From positions 5,431-69,430 of the forward strand of contig JARFRD010000063.1 of NCBI GenBank assembly GCA_029287435.1: 64,000 bases of DNA. Direction: 5' to 3'. The DNA is from Gammaproteobacteria bacterium (GTDB taxonomy: Bacteria; Pseudomonadota; Gammaproteobacteria; SZUA-229). The notes under the pieces are model-generated. The model saw nothing but the letters and a program-made list of their open reading frames with translations, was not told where the DNA came from and searched no databases. Each line of letters begins with the position of its first letter. The stretch's first letter is position 1. A program made the position numbers and the translations under genes. Below, in pieces: positions 20,843 to 30,795 of the stretch.

Positions 20843-22270
20843 ATGTTTGTAAAGGCGAAAACCTCTATTGTCTTTCTGTTGCTGTTGACAATGGGCATTC
20901 TGCTGAACACGGTATCGGCCAATGATACCGGCAGACATGTCTTGCTATTAACCATTGAAGATGCTATCGGCCCGGCAACAGATGATTATATAGAGCGAGC
21001 TCTGCAAAAGGCCGAACAGAACAATGCCAGCCTGGTTGTTATTCGCATGGATACTCCGGGCGGACTGGATACCGCGATGCGCGGCATCATCAAGAACATA
21101 ACTAGCTCTCAAGTGCCAGTGGTCAGCTGGGTCGCTCCGACCGGTTCGCGCGCTGCCAGTGCAGGCACCTATATACTCTATGCCAGTCATATAGCGGCGA
21201 TGGCACCAGGCACCAACCTTGGTGCAGCGACACCGGTTGCAATCGGTGGTTTTCCATCAACAGATAAAGGCAAGTCTGACAAACCAGATAAGGCGGATAA
21301 GACGGCGGATAGTGCAGACGATGCCGGCCCGGTAGATAAGGCAGACGATATGGATGCATCAAAGCGCAAGTCCATCAATGATGCGGCCGCCTATATTCGT
21401 GGCCTGGCGGAACTACGTGGCCGAAACCAGGACTGGGCAGAGAAAGCCGTGCGTGAAGCCGCCAGTCTGCAGGCCAGCGAGGCGCTGAAACTGAATGTCA
21501 TCGATCTTATTGCGGCAAATATGGCGGAGCTGCTGCAGAAGATCAATGGCCGTGAAGTCAGTATTCTGGAAAAGACGATCATACTCGAAACTGAAGGCCT
21601 GCTGGTTCGTGAATTCAAGCCCGACTGGCGTAGCCGCCTGCTCAGTGTTATCACCAATCCCAACATCGCTTATATTCTGCTGCTGGTCGGTATCTATGGT
21701 TTGATCCTGGAATTTTCCAATCCCGGTGCTATCGTGCCAGGTACGATTGGGGCGATATCCTTGCTGCTGGCGCTTTATTCCCTGCAGTTGCTGCCGATCA
21801 ACTATGCTGGGGTTGCATTAATTCTGCTCGGGATAGCACTGATGATTGGCGAGGCCTACCAGCCCAGTTTTGGCATTCTGGGAATGGGTGGCGTTGTGGC
21901 ATTTGTCATCGGCTCGGTCATTATGATGGATACAGAGGCTCCCGGATTCGGTATTGATCTGTCTATCATACTAACTTTTGCCATTAGCAGTGCTGTAGTG
22001 TTTATTCTGCTCGTTGGTATGGCGATCAAGTCACGGCGTCGGCCGGTTGTCAGTGGCTCCGAGCAATTGCTTGGTGCTACGGGTATTGCCATGGATGACT
22101 TTGATAATACTGGCATGGTGTTCGTACACAGCGAATCCTGGCAGGCAAAAACGGCTTTGCCAGTACATAAGGATCAACATATTCGGGTAATTAGTCTGGA
22201 TGGACTGACGTTAAATGTCGAGCCGGTGCCTGATAATGAAGAGCTAAATACAACAGGAGATAAACCATGA
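20843..22270 (+). CDS. NfeD-family membrane-bound ClpP-class serine protease (long form), with an Asp/Lys-rich low-complexity insert
   Basis: 475 aa with an N-terminal signal/TM segment and a ClpP-like domain ([16 protein letters not shown]...[16 protein letters not shown]). It also has multiple TM helices and a C-terminal OB-fold, and overlaps the downstream SPFH gene by 4 nt. Confidence 0.85.
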   Translation: MFVKAKTSIVFLLLLTMGILLNTVSANDTGRHVLLLTIEDAIGPATDDYIERALQKAEQNNASLVVIRMDTPGGLDTAMRGIIKNITSSQVPVVSWVAPTGSRAASAGTYILYASHIAAMAPGTNLGAATPVAIGGFPSTDKGKSDKPDKADKTADSADDAGPVDKADDMDASKRKSINDAAAYIRGLAELRGRNQDWAEKAVREAASLQASEALKLNVIDLIAANMAELLQKINGREVSILEKTIILETEGLLVREFKPDWRSRLLSVITNPNIAYILLLVGIYGLILEFSNPGAIVPGTIGAISLLLALYSLQLLPINYAGVALILLGIALMIGEAYQPSFGILGMGGVVAFVIGSVIMMDTEAPGFGIDLSIILTFAISSAVVFILLVGMAIKSRRRPVVSGSEQLLGATGIAMDDFDNTGMVFVHSESWQAKTALPVHKDQHIRVISLDGLTLNVEPVPDNEELNTTGDKP

Positions 22271-23013
22271 CATCATATACAACTCTGATCGTGGCGGTGC
22301 TGGTCATCGCCTTTCTCGCCAGTGCAATCCGGATACTGCGTGAATATGAGCGTGGTGTTGTCTTCATGCTTGGTCGATTCTGGAAGGTCAAGGGACCGGG
22401 TTTCATAATCATCATCCCGTTTATCCAGCAGATGGTGCGCGTAGACCTGCGAACTATTGTCATGGATGTTCCGACCCAGGATGTCATCTCGCGCGACAAC
22501 GTGTCGGTCAAGGTCAATGCTGTGGTTTATTTCCGCGTAGTAGATTCTGAAAAGGCCATCATCCAGGTAGAAAATTTCTACATGGCTACCAGCCAACTGG
22601 CGCAGACCACATTGCGCTCCGTACTTGGTCAGCATGAGCTCGATGAGATGCTGGCCGAACGCGAAAAGCTCAATGTTGATATCCAGAACATTCTCGACAA
22701 GCAGACCGATGCCTGGGGCATCAAGGTCAGCAATGTTGAGATCAAGCATGTCGATCTTGACGAGAGCATGATCCGAGCGATCGCTAAACAGGCTGAAGCC
22801 GAACGTACCCGGCGCGCCAAGGTGATCCATGCTGAAGGTGAGATGCAGGCCGCAGAGAAACTGCTCGAGGCAGCCAGAACGCTGTCACAGCAAAACGAGG
22901 CTTTGCAATTGCGCTATCTGCAGACATTAACCGAAATTGCTGGTGAACGATCCAACACGATCGTTTTCCCACTACCGATGGAGCTGCTTGAAAATTTGAT
23001 TAAGAAATCGTAA
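22267..23013 (+). CDS. SPFH/band-7 (stomatin-like) protein
   Basis: 248 aa with an N-terminal TM segment followed by a band-7 domain ([32 protein letters not shown]). Confidence 0.9.
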   Translation: MTSYTTLIVAVLVIAFLASAIRILREYERGVVFMLGRFWKVKGPGFIIIIPFIQQMVRVDLRTIVMDVPTQDVISRDNVSVKVNAVVYFRVVDSEKAIIQVENFYMATSQLAQTTLRSVLGQHELDEMLAEREKLNVDIQNILDKQTDAWGIKVSNVEIKHVDLDESMIRAIAKQAEAERTRRAKVIHAEGEMQAAEKLLEAARTLSQQNEALQLRYLQTLTEIAGERSNTIVFPLPMELLENLIKKS

Positions 23014-23054
23014 TGACAGGGTAAAAAGGCAAGAGAGGATATAGAAAACTATTT

Positions 23055-25037
23055 TTAAGCTTTCATTCTTACATTTTCCTGCTGGTCAATAACCTGCTCG
23101 AAAGGCATAGGTCGACCGATAGTGTAACCCTGGGCAAAGTGTACACCAATGGCTTTAACTTCATTCAGGATGTCTTGATTTTCGACAAACTCGGCCACCG
23201 TAATTTTACCCATCACCGAGCCTACCTCATGGATTGACTTCACCATCGCGCGGTCAATGGGATCAGTCACAATGTCCCGGACAAACATGCCGTCAATCTT
23301 CAGGTAGTCAATGGGTAGCATTTTAAGATATTCAAAGGAAGCAAGACCGCTGCCAAAGTCATCCAGTGAAAATCGTATACCCATTTCTCTTAGTTTCAAT
23401 ATACAGCGATCCGCCTGTATTAGATTGGTAATGGCTGCCGTTTCGGTTATTTCAAAACAAATTTTTTCTGACAGATGTTTATGCCTGTTGAATTGTTCTA
23501 TGATGAAATCCATGAATTTTTCATTTGTCAGGGACTGGCAGGACAGGTTGATCGAACAATAGTCGATGCTTTCCACAAATCGTGGAGAATAAGAAAGAAT
23601 AGAAAGGGCTTCTGTCACAACCCAGCTATCTATATCAATCATTTTATTGTACCGCTCAGCCGCTGGCAGGAAATTACCTGCCGGTATCAGTTCATCTTCC
23701 GCTGACTTCATTCTGATTAATAATTCATAATTGACATGTGAGTCGTTTTCATTGGTAGCCACGATTGGCTGTGCAAAGAGAACAAACCTGTTCTGCTCAA
23801 GGGCACTTTCAATATGGATAACCCAGTCCATTTCCGACTTTCTATGTATGAGTTCCTGATCACTTTCCGAATAAACATGAAAGCGGTTTCCGCCGCTATC
23901 TTTAGCGGCATAACATGCGGAGTCGATATTCTTGAGAATCTCTGCCAGGTCACGAGTGGTATCATCTACTTGCACCATGCCAATGCTTACGCCAATTCGA
24001 AAAGTGTTTTTTTCCCAGTAGAAACGGAATTCCCGCATCTTCTGAACAATGGATTCAGCTATGTTTCTGGCACAATCCAAATCGCAGTATTCAAGGATGA
24101 TGCCGAATTCATCACCACCAATACGCGCTAGAACATCCGATTTCCGGATACATGACCGCATTATAGTTGCTACCTGCTTGAGTAATTCATCACCGACATG
24201 ATGGCCCCCTGTATCATTGACGATTTTGAACTGATCAAGGTCAAGATAAAAAACAAAGTGTTTTTCATCGCTTTCGATGCGTTTAAGTAGCTTTGCAAGG
24301 GTGGATTCAAACTTCCATCGGTTGATTAAACCTGTCAAGGGGTCATGTGCAGCCTGGTATGACATCTTTTCGGCGGAACGAATTAACCTTGACTTTTCCT
24401 GTCGGGTGGCACGAATTGCAGCGAGAGCGATTAACGTTCCGATGATAAAAAGTGTTGCTGCCAGGCGTTGAAAATTGCTGCTGGCATTTTCATCACTCAG
24501 TTCTATATCGGCGATAACCTTTTTCGTGTTTCTTTTGTAAAAGGCGAGTATGTCATCGGTTTTATTCAACACCTGTTGCTGGCCGGGTATTGCTGTTTCA
24601 AACAGTAGTTTCTCAGCCTGCTCCTGGTTACCTACGATGAACATGTCTGCCGCCTGATCCTGCAGTGGGGCGTTGATTCTTACCAGGCTCATTTGCTCAT
24701 CGAGAATAGAGCGCTCCTCTGCACTGAGGTCCATTGCCATAAGCTGTTGTCGTGCATTGATGAAGCTCGATGCATGTTTACTGAGCTGCTGGTGTAGGTC
24801 ATCTAATTCAAACAGATCATCAGTAGCATGCATTGTTAACAGTATCAGTGAGCGCTCGCGCGCTGCTTTATACATTTCAGATACTAATTGATGCTTTTTC
24901 TGCTGTTGCTCGATGATCAATTTAGCCTGTGTGTGAGTATCCTTCACATTGTGGTAGCCGCTAAACAGAAGATACGCAAATACAGCGATGATGATGAGAA
25001 TGATAGCTGCTAGATTTTTATTTGATAATTTAATCAT
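23055..25037 (-). CDS. membrane-anchored diguanylate cyclase/phosphodiesterase (GGDEF + EAL)
   Basis: 660 aa with an N-terminal TM and a coiled-coil region. The GGDEF domain carries RIGGDEFGIILE; the EAL domain carries CFEITETAAI and DDFGSGLASFEYLKMLPIDYLKIDG. Confidence 0.85.
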   Translation of the reverse strand: MIKLSNKNLAAIILIIIAVFAYLLFSGYHNVKDTHTQAKLIIEQQQKKHQLVSEMYKAARERSLILLTMHATDDLFELDDLHQQLSKHASSFINARQQLMAMDLSAEERSILDEQMSLVRINAPLQDQAADMFIVGNQEQAEKLLFETAIPGQQQVLNKTDDILAFYKRNTKKVIADIELSDENASSNFQRLAATLFIIGTLIALAAIRATRQEKSRLIRSAEKMSYQAAHDPLTGLINRWKFESTLAKLLKRIESDEKHFVFYLDLDQFKIVNDTGGHHVGDELLKQVATIMRSCIRKSDVLARIGGDEFGIILEYCDLDCARNIAESIVQKMREFRFYWEKNTFRIGVSIGMVQVDDTTRDLAEILKNIDSACYAAKDSGGNRFHVYSESDQELIHRKSEMDWVIHIESALEQNRFVLFAQPIVATNENDSHVNYELLIRMKSAEDELIPAGNFLPAAERYNKMIDIDSWVVTEALSILSYSPRFVESIDYCSINLSCQSLTNEKFMDFIIEQFNRHKHLSEKICFEITETAAITNLIQADRCILKLREMGIRFSLDDFGSGLASFEYLKMLPIDYLKIDGMFVRDIVTDPIDRAMVKSIHEVGSVMGKITVAEFVENQDILNEVKAIGVHFAQGYTIGRPMPFEQVIDQQENVRMKA

Positions 25038-25218
25038 GTTCTAACGCCAAATCTCTCATTCCAGGTAAATATATATCTGGATCTTTTTCTCCATAGGACA
25101 TGTCAATTTATAGTTATTTGATTATTTTTATAAAACGTATAGCCAACCGGCCTTAATATAAGAATATACGATGATTAAGAATTTTCTAATATTTTTTATT
25201 TCTGCCTGCTGCTGACCA

Positions 25219-25641
25219 TCAATCATCGTAACTCACTTTCTTTCGCAGATCCTTAATCCGTCCACGTTTTGTTTTACTATTCATACGTTTTTGTTGCGAG
25301 GCTTTCGTTGGGCGGGTGGGCTTGCGCTTTTTTTTCACAACAGCGGCACTACGGATAAGTTCAGACAGGCGCTGCAGGGCTTCGTCACGATTTTTTTCCT
25401 GTGTGCGGTAGCGCTGTGCCTTAATAACAATGATGCCATCCTTATTAATACGCTGGTCACGCAGGCTTAACAGGCGCTGCTTGTAGGTCTGAGGCAGGGA
25501 AGAGGCATTGATATCGAATCGCAGGTGGATAGCCGATGAGACCTTGTTAACATTCTGACCACCCGCGCCCTGGGCACGAATAGCGCTGAGCTCGATCTCA
25601 TTTTCGGGAATGCTGATCTGGCTGGATATATGCAAGTCCAT
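25219..25641 (-). CDS. arfB: alternative ribosome-rescue factor ArfB (YaeJ), a peptidyl-tRNA hydrolase with a GGQ motif. Start taken at the internal Met (MDLHISSQ...).
   Basis: Contains IRAQGAGGQNVNKVSSAIHLRFDI and a basic C-terminal tail (KKKRKPTRPTKASQQKRMNSKTKRGR). Length from the internal Met is about 140 aa, matching ArfB. Confidence 0.8.
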   Translation of the reverse strand: MDLHISSQISIPENEIELSAIRAQGAGGQNVNKVSSAIHLRFDINASSLPQTYKQRLLSLRDQRINKDGIIVIKAQRYRTQEKNRDEALQRLSELIRSAAVVKKKRKPTRPTKASQQKRMNSKTKRGRIKDLRKKVSYDD

Positions 25642-25896
25642 GACGGTAATGATTATAGAATAAAGACGAAAGACATTTTCGTTCAATATTCAGTTAATGC
25701 CAGTGACAGCTCGCATACGCTAGCATGATGTCATAAAGCTAGCCTGGATGTTGAAGGCAGAGCAAAAGGCACACTCGTAGTATATGTGCAGGGCTGAATA
25801 GCTGATTGATTTGGAACATAGAAAAAGCCCCGCGAACCAGCACGGCATTCAGGCAGCAGGGAGTCAGATGAGGAAATGAAAACCTGTTAAAAATCT

Positions 25897-26367
25897 CTAC
25901 TCGGCATCACTGTCTGAAAGCATCATTTCTTTTAGTTCCTTGACTATGTTGCGGTAGTCAGTGGCCAGTTGTTTAGCAACATTCAACTGAAAGTGATGTG
26001 TGAGGCCGGTATTGTACTGATATAGCAGGTTAAATGCAGAGCTCGGTAAAAAGGCGGCTTTTACATTTCCCCTGGCCTGACAGGATACGATAGGTCGGTG
26101 GTGCTCGATCAAACTATGTAGACCTATTATGCCACCTGGACCCAATGTCGAAACACGCTGAAGTCCACGTTCTGTATCTTTTTCGTGTGTAATTTCAATT
26201 TCACCTTCAAGAATTACATATAAGGTATCTGAACTGTGGTCTTCTGATATAAAGACATGTTTATCAGGGTAATCCTTTACCACCATCGATTGAGATAAAG
26301 TTTTTAGCTCATCATTGGTCATTTCGCTAAATAAAGGAATCGATTGCATATATTCATACATACTCAT
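25897..26367 (-). CDS. stand-alone cyclic-nucleotide-binding (CAP-family cNMP-binding) domain protein
   Basis: 156 aa with the cNMP-binding signature ...FISEDHSSDTLYVILEGEIEI...LGPGGIIGLHSLI. No HTH or other output domain is present. Confidence 0.75.
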   Translation of the reverse strand: MSMYEYMQSIPLFSEMTNDELKTLSQSMVVKDYPDKHVFISEDHSSDTLYVILEGEIEITHEKDTERGLQRVSTLGPGGIIGLHSLIEHHRPIVSCQARGNVKAAFLPSSAFNLLYQYNTGLTHHFQLNVAKQLATDYRNIVKELKEMMLSDSDAE

Positions 26368-26942
26368 AGCTGTCTCTCTTTATGGCCATGAAGTTTTTGT
26401 AAAAGACCGCGTCCCCAGTCTACTAGTCCACGGTGTTTGCTTGAATCTTTATCATCAAGCTCTTCAATATAGGCATACTTGCTAAATAGTAATTTATCGG
26501 CAACTCGACAACGTTGTATCATGGTCGAGGATAGCATACGTAAAATATTGCCAGTCATTTGCGGATGTCGTTTGTCCAGTTCGCGGAAAGCATCATGGGT
26601 CAGGACAATGAGTGTACATTCATTCGTAGCGATTACAGAACTGGTAGAGGGCCCCGGGTCAAGAATATTCACTTCACCAAAGCAGCCACCTTTTACATGT
26701 GTCCCAAGACGAATGATTTCATTCTCACTGGTAATCTGGGAAATAAGCTTTCCGTCAACGACAAGAAAAAGTGAATCGCAATATTCACCGTCAGTTGTCA
26801 CCGTTTCACCGGCATGGATGCTTCGCATTTCCATCGCCGCCAGCAGATCCTCCAGCTCACCAGGTCCACAGTGCTCAGCAATCGCAGGGAAATGCTCTCT
26901 GAATGCTTCAGGTGTTATGTCCATATGATGTACCTCAATCAC
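26364..26942 (-). CDS. stand-alone cyclic-nucleotide-binding domain protein with a short C-terminal extension
   Basis: 192 aa with a cNMP-binding beta-roll (FGEVNILDPGPSTSSVIATNECTLIVL). It overlaps the downstream paralog by 4 nt. Confidence 0.75.
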   Translation of the reverse strand: MIEVHHMDITPEAFREHFPAIAEHCGPGELEDLLAAMEMRSIHAGETVTTDGEYCDSLFLVVDGKLISQITSENEIIRLGTHVKGGCFGEVNILDPGPSTSSVIATNECTLIVLTHDAFRELDKRHPQMTGNILRMLSSTMIQRCRVADKLLFSKYAYIEELDDKDSSKHRGLVDWGRGLLQKLHGHKERQL

Positions 26943-27092
26943 TTAAAATAATGCTGTCTAGTGTTTTTAATCATTTTCCTTTTCATATTTATACTATACC
27001 TTGACATTTTATGCTCAGGTACCTCTACCATGCACACAGCCCGCAGGATGTAATTAGAAACTCCGTCAATTTTAACTAAATCTCTACATAGA

Positions 27093-29036
27093 TTACTTCT
27101 CTTTGCAGACAGCAACACCATGCCAGTCGGAAGATGGCGGGTTTTGTCGATACTTGATAATCCGTGCGAGGTAAAGTTGATAGATCTTTTTGTCACTATC
27201 ATCGACAAGCAACTGATTAAAGAGTCTTTCTGCTTCATCCCATTCACGGGAACGATAGTGCGCAATAGCCAGGTGGTACTGATGCAGTGCAGATTTGCTA
27301 CTAGCCGATGATGCCTCCGCTACTGATAGTGGTTCAAATATTGCGACGGAATCTGACTTCCCTTTGACCTGAACCCGATCAAGCTCACGAAAGAGCAGGT
27401 CCGGGCACAGGTCGCGGGTAGACTGGCTGACAATAATTTCCGTGCCGTATAGTTTGGTCAACCCTTCCAGGCGGGATGCCAGATTGACACCATCTCCGAT
27501 GACTGTGTAGTTAAGGCGATTTGACGAGCCCATATTACCGGCGACCACTTTGCTGGTATTGATACCTATACCGATGGTCAGTGGCTGCAGCCCGTCTTTC
27601 GCCAGTTCATGGTTTAACAGCCTTATTTCAGTCTGCATCTCCAATGCACAATCAACTGCATTTTGCGGACTGTCCTCTTTGAACACTGGTGCACCAAACA
27701 GGGCCATGATGGCATCTCCAATATATTTATCGACTATACCACCATGCTCTTCGATTGAATTACTCATGTGTGTTAGATAGCGATTCAGCAGATTTAGAAT
27801 TTCGTTAGGTTCATGAAGTTCACAGAGACTTGTGAAATCTCGTACATCTGAGAACAGTATCGTGACTTCACGTTCTTCACCGCCAAGCTCTATCCCCTTG
27901 CTGAGTAGTTCATCGGCGACTTCGCGCGAGACCACCTTGCCGAGCAAACTTTGCACCCTGTCCCGTTCAGCAAGCCCTTCCACCATACTATTAAACGAAG
28001 TCGCCAGCGTTCCAATTTCATCCTGCCGCTGGATTGTCACACCTTCGCTGTAATCACCGTTCTCAATGCGCTTTGCAGTCTTAACCAGCTGTTCAATCGG
28101 GTGACTGAGCCCGCGTGCGATCATTATTGCGCCGACGATTGACATTGCCAGACCACTGCTGAAAAGCATAAACATCAGGGTTCTTAATCTTAGATAAGGC
28201 GCCAGTGCGTCATCCAGTGATCGCTGCAGCACAGCAATGCTTTCTCCTGTTGCGCCTTTTTGCACCTTAAGTATGAGAGATAGATACTCCTCACCCTGCA
28301 GTAAAAGATCGAATACACGGCTGGTCGATACTATATTGCTGGCGATGGCCTCCGTTAACTGTGATTTTGCTTCGTCCTGCAGTGTGGAACTGACAATCTG
28401 CCAGGGCCTGTCTTTATAATGGTACAGCAGACTGACTTCAGAGCGTGTGAACTCCCCCTGTTCGAGGCTGAAACTATCATCGACCACAAATCCAATAAGA
28501 ATCCAGGCACTTGGCTCAGGTGTAAACAGAGGTACGATGACCATCTGGTAAGCGATATTATCAATGATCTGAATCGCCGATGCTTCGCCATGGCTACTGC
28601 TCATCGCCGCTGTAAGCAAATCATCCAGTGCTGGCGAACTGTCACCTCTGCCACTATCTGTGGTGTTAGCAATCGTTTCACCTTCCAGTGAAAGCAGCAA
28701 CATGATGTTTGCACCAACACGTTGCTGGTGATTTTTCAGCACCGAGCGAATAGTTTCAGTATCACGTGTTGCAAAAGCTGACTTGAATGCAAAATCACTG
28801 GACAGCAGCCTGACCTTTTCAGTCAAAATCTTTTCACGGCCCCTGAGTGATCTGGCGAAGGAGTTTGCAGTTAACTGCAGCGCATCTTCCAGGTGCAACC
28901 GGGCGTTAGATATATTCGCCTGGTTTACTGAAAAGAACACCGCACCCAGTACCGTGCCCAGCAACGAGATCAGAAATATTAGCAGGCGGGTCCTGAAGTT
29001 TTTGAACTGGAAAATACTAGTAGCTGCTCGCTGCAC
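27093..29036 (-). CDS. transmembrane sensor adenylate/guanylate cyclase (class III): periplasmic sensor, HAMP, CYCc and a C-terminal TPR-like tail
   Basis: 647 aa with TM1, a roughly 240-aa periplasmic region, TM2, a HAMP domain and the cyclase catalytic core (VTILFSDVRDFTSL...DKYIGDAIMALFGAP...RIGINT). Confidence 0.85.
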   Translation of the reverse strand: MQRAATSIFQFKNFRTRLLIFLISLLGTVLGAVFFSVNQANISNARLHLEDALQLTANSFARSLRGREKILTEKVRLLSSDFAFKSAFATRDTETIRSVLKNHQQRVGANIMLLLSLEGETIANTTDSGRGDSSPALDDLLTAAMSSSHGEASAIQIIDNIAYQMVIVPLFTPEPSAWILIGFVVDDSFSLEQGEFTRSEVSLLYHYKDRPWQIVSSTLQDEAKSQLTEAIASNIVSTSRVFDLLLQGEEYLSLILKVQKGATGESIAVLQRSLDDALAPYLRLRTLMFMLFSSGLAMSIVGAIMIARGLSHPIEQLVKTAKRIENGDYSEGVTIQRQDEIGTLATSFNSMVEGLAERDRVQSLLGKVVSREVADELLSKGIELGGEEREVTILFSDVRDFTSLCELHEPNEILNLLNRYLTHMSNSIEEHGGIVDKYIGDAIMALFGAPVFKEDSPQNAVDCALEMQTEIRLLNHELAKDGLQPLTIGIGINTSKVVAGNMGSSNRLNYTVIGDGVNLASRLEGLTKLYGTEIIVSQSTRDLCPDLLFRELDRVQVKGKSDSVAIFEPLSVAEASSASSKSALHQYHLAIAHYRSREWDEAERLFNQLLVDDSDKKIYQLYLARIIKYRQNPPSSDWHGVAVCKEK

Positions 29037-29682
29037 TGGTTGGTGCCCTGAAGGGAACCCATTGTTTCTTCTTTTCTACCGTAAAACTCACCGCATGCGA
29101 CTCAGCATCTTTCAGGACTACCTGTTGAGCGGTACTATTGGTGTCTGCAGTCTGCTGCGGGTGCCATACATAAATCTTGTAGCTGCCTGCAGGTAAATCC
29201 CTTAGCACAACATTACCACTAGCATCAGAAATACCGAAATAAGGAGTATCTGTTATGAAAACATTGGCAGCCATCCAGTCGTGGATGTTGCAGCCAAGTT
29301 TAACAACACCGGGCTGCTCGAATTTTATCGGTGAAGCGGGTGTCCCCTTGTACAGCGGTATCTCAAAAGATTTGGCTGGCGAGAAAGAATAGACGTGATG
29401 GCGAATTTTGTCATGGTTGGGAAAGTCGACGCTGGTCCCGGTCTGGATAGCTGAGACATGTGGAACAAACTCCTTGTCGATTTGATCAATGATCTGTTTA
29501 CCACCGTTTTTTTCAGATTCCGTAAGCCCGGCGACTGGAAAAGCATAGACAACAGCATTACCTAACTGTGCCTTACCTTTTTCACTAACAGAGGCGATTA
29601 CAGTGGCTGCGTGCGCCGTAGATAATGCGCAGGACAACAACACACCAGTTGCCAGTGAGAGAGTTGTTTTATTCAGTATCAT
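29017..29682 (-). CDS. periplasmic cupredoxin-like (type-1 copper-type) protein with an extra C-terminal beta domain; overlaps the cyclase gene by about 20 nt
   Basis: 221 aa with a signal peptide and the motif VDFPNHDKIRHHVYSF (an upstream His ligand region resembling the plastocyanin/amicyanin pattern). It also carries C131-x2-H134-x2-M137 (GCNIHDWM), the amicyanin-type Cys-His-Met spacing. The C-terminus contains GNVVLRDLPAGSYKIYVWHP, a carboxypeptidase-regulatory-like beta-sandwich motif. Confidence 0.5.
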   Translation of the reverse strand: MILNKTTLSLATGVLLSCALSTAHAATVIASVSEKGKAQLGNAVVYAFPVAGLTESEKNGGKQIIDQIDKEFVPHVSAIQTGTSVDFPNHDKIRHHVYSFSPAKSFEIPLYKGTPASPIKFEQPGVVKLGCNIHDWMAANVFITDTPYFGISDASGNVVLRDLPAGSYKIYVWHPQQTADTNSTAQQVVLKDAESHAVSFTVEKKKQWVPFRAPTSAASSY

Positions 29683-29693
29683 GGCATCAATCC

Positions 29694-30593
29694 TCAGTAA
29701 CTGTACATGAAGCTGGCGCGGAATATAGTGTTATGGTATTCGAGCACATCGGCCTTTCCGGCCAGGTATTCTGCGCCAATATTAAGCGAAGAATGGCGGC
29801 CTGTAGCATAGCCCAGGTCCAGCGAGGCACTGTTGCCATCGCCATCGAGACGATAAACACAGCCGCCGAAAACGGCATCAGCAGTGATGGCCTGGACATC
29901 TTCCAGTTCCAGCACAGTGCCTACATTACCCGTAGTGCAGGCGGAAATAAAATCACCATCGTAATGTTTTACAGCGCCCAGCAGAATAAGTCTATTAGTC
30001 AGTAGAAAATTACCCTCTATGGCGGCTGTCCAGCGATTTTGATCGAACACATCTGAGCTGATAGGGGGGACAATCTGAATACCTCGTTTACCATTTGACT
30101 TGCTGTATTCCAGACTGCCAGACATATCAAAGCGGTCGGTCAGACGTTTGCCTGCAGCGATTCCTATATCACCGAAGTTGCCGCTACGGATATCATCTTT
30201 GACATCCATATAGCCATATGTCAGGTAGGGGCTGATCCAGGGCACTTTTGGCCCCAAACCGAATTTATGTATTACAGCAAGCTTGCCACTGATAGCGACA
30301 CTGTTAAGCAAATCAAATTCATTATAGGTCTCAGCCTCGAATTCAGCGCTTAGCCGTAATCGCGATGAATCGCTCATTTGAAAGTAGCGACCACCATCCA
30401 GCACAAGGCGCAGGGCCTCATCACTTTCTTCATCCGCACTGAAGGAAGAGAGATTAAGATTACTCTCTCCACGTAATTCAATGGTCGGGTCGAGTATCCA
30501 TTCGACCCATTCAGCCTGGCTCTGCATACTTATGCAGATTAACTGGCAGCCAAGCAGCACCATCAAGGATGCTTTTAGTTTGTTATACATCAT
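29694..30593 (-). CDS. putative outer-membrane beta-barrel protein (MipA/OmpV-like?)
   Basis: 299 aa with a signal peptide, alternating amphipathic beta-strand pattern and an aromatic C-terminus (FMYSY). It ends 12 nt upstream of the next gene. Confidence 0.5.
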   Translation of the reverse strand: MMYNKLKASLMVLLGCQLICISMQSQAEWVEWILDPTIELRGESNLNLSSFSADEESDEALRLVLDGGRYFQMSDSSRLRLSAEFEAETYNEFDLLNSVAISGKLAVIHKFGLGPKVPWISPYLTYGYMDVKDDIRSGNFGDIGIAAGKRLTDRFDMSGSLEYSKSNGKRGIQIVPPISSDVFDQNRWTAAIEGNFLLTNRLILLGAVKHYDGDFISACTTGNVGTVLELEDVQAITADAVFGGCVYRLDGDGNSASLDLGYATGRHSSLNIGAEYLAGKADVLEYHNTIFRASFMYSY

Positions 30594-30795
30594 TCTCCTC
30601 CTGGAAATGCTGATAACCTTATAAAAACGGCCTTTCTGATTTCTTTTTTCTTGTTTCTTTTTTTTCGAGTATAACCTGATATGAAACTTTATTGGAAGTA
30701 CATAGCAACATGGACAGGTCTTTGTAAGACCTTAGTATTCTGTAAAAAGTTGACAATAGTATAGGTTCTACACGATATCTGCATTCATCTTGCTT

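Noticed and set aside
26939-27265. Track ORF 26939..27265 (-), 108 aa
   Set aside because: It overlaps the 3' end of the cyclase gene in a different frame and its translation is unremarkable. It is likely spurious.
25897-29036. Possible Pycsar/CBASS-like antiphage system (a cyclase plus cNMP-binding effectors)
   Set aside because: The cyclase is a membrane sensor with a periplasmic domain and HAMP, typical of signal-transduction cyclases and unlike the cytosolic Pycsar or CD-NTase enzymes. The cNMP-binding proteins carry no TM, TIR, nuclease or other killing domain. A housekeeping or sensory signalling role is more parsimonious.
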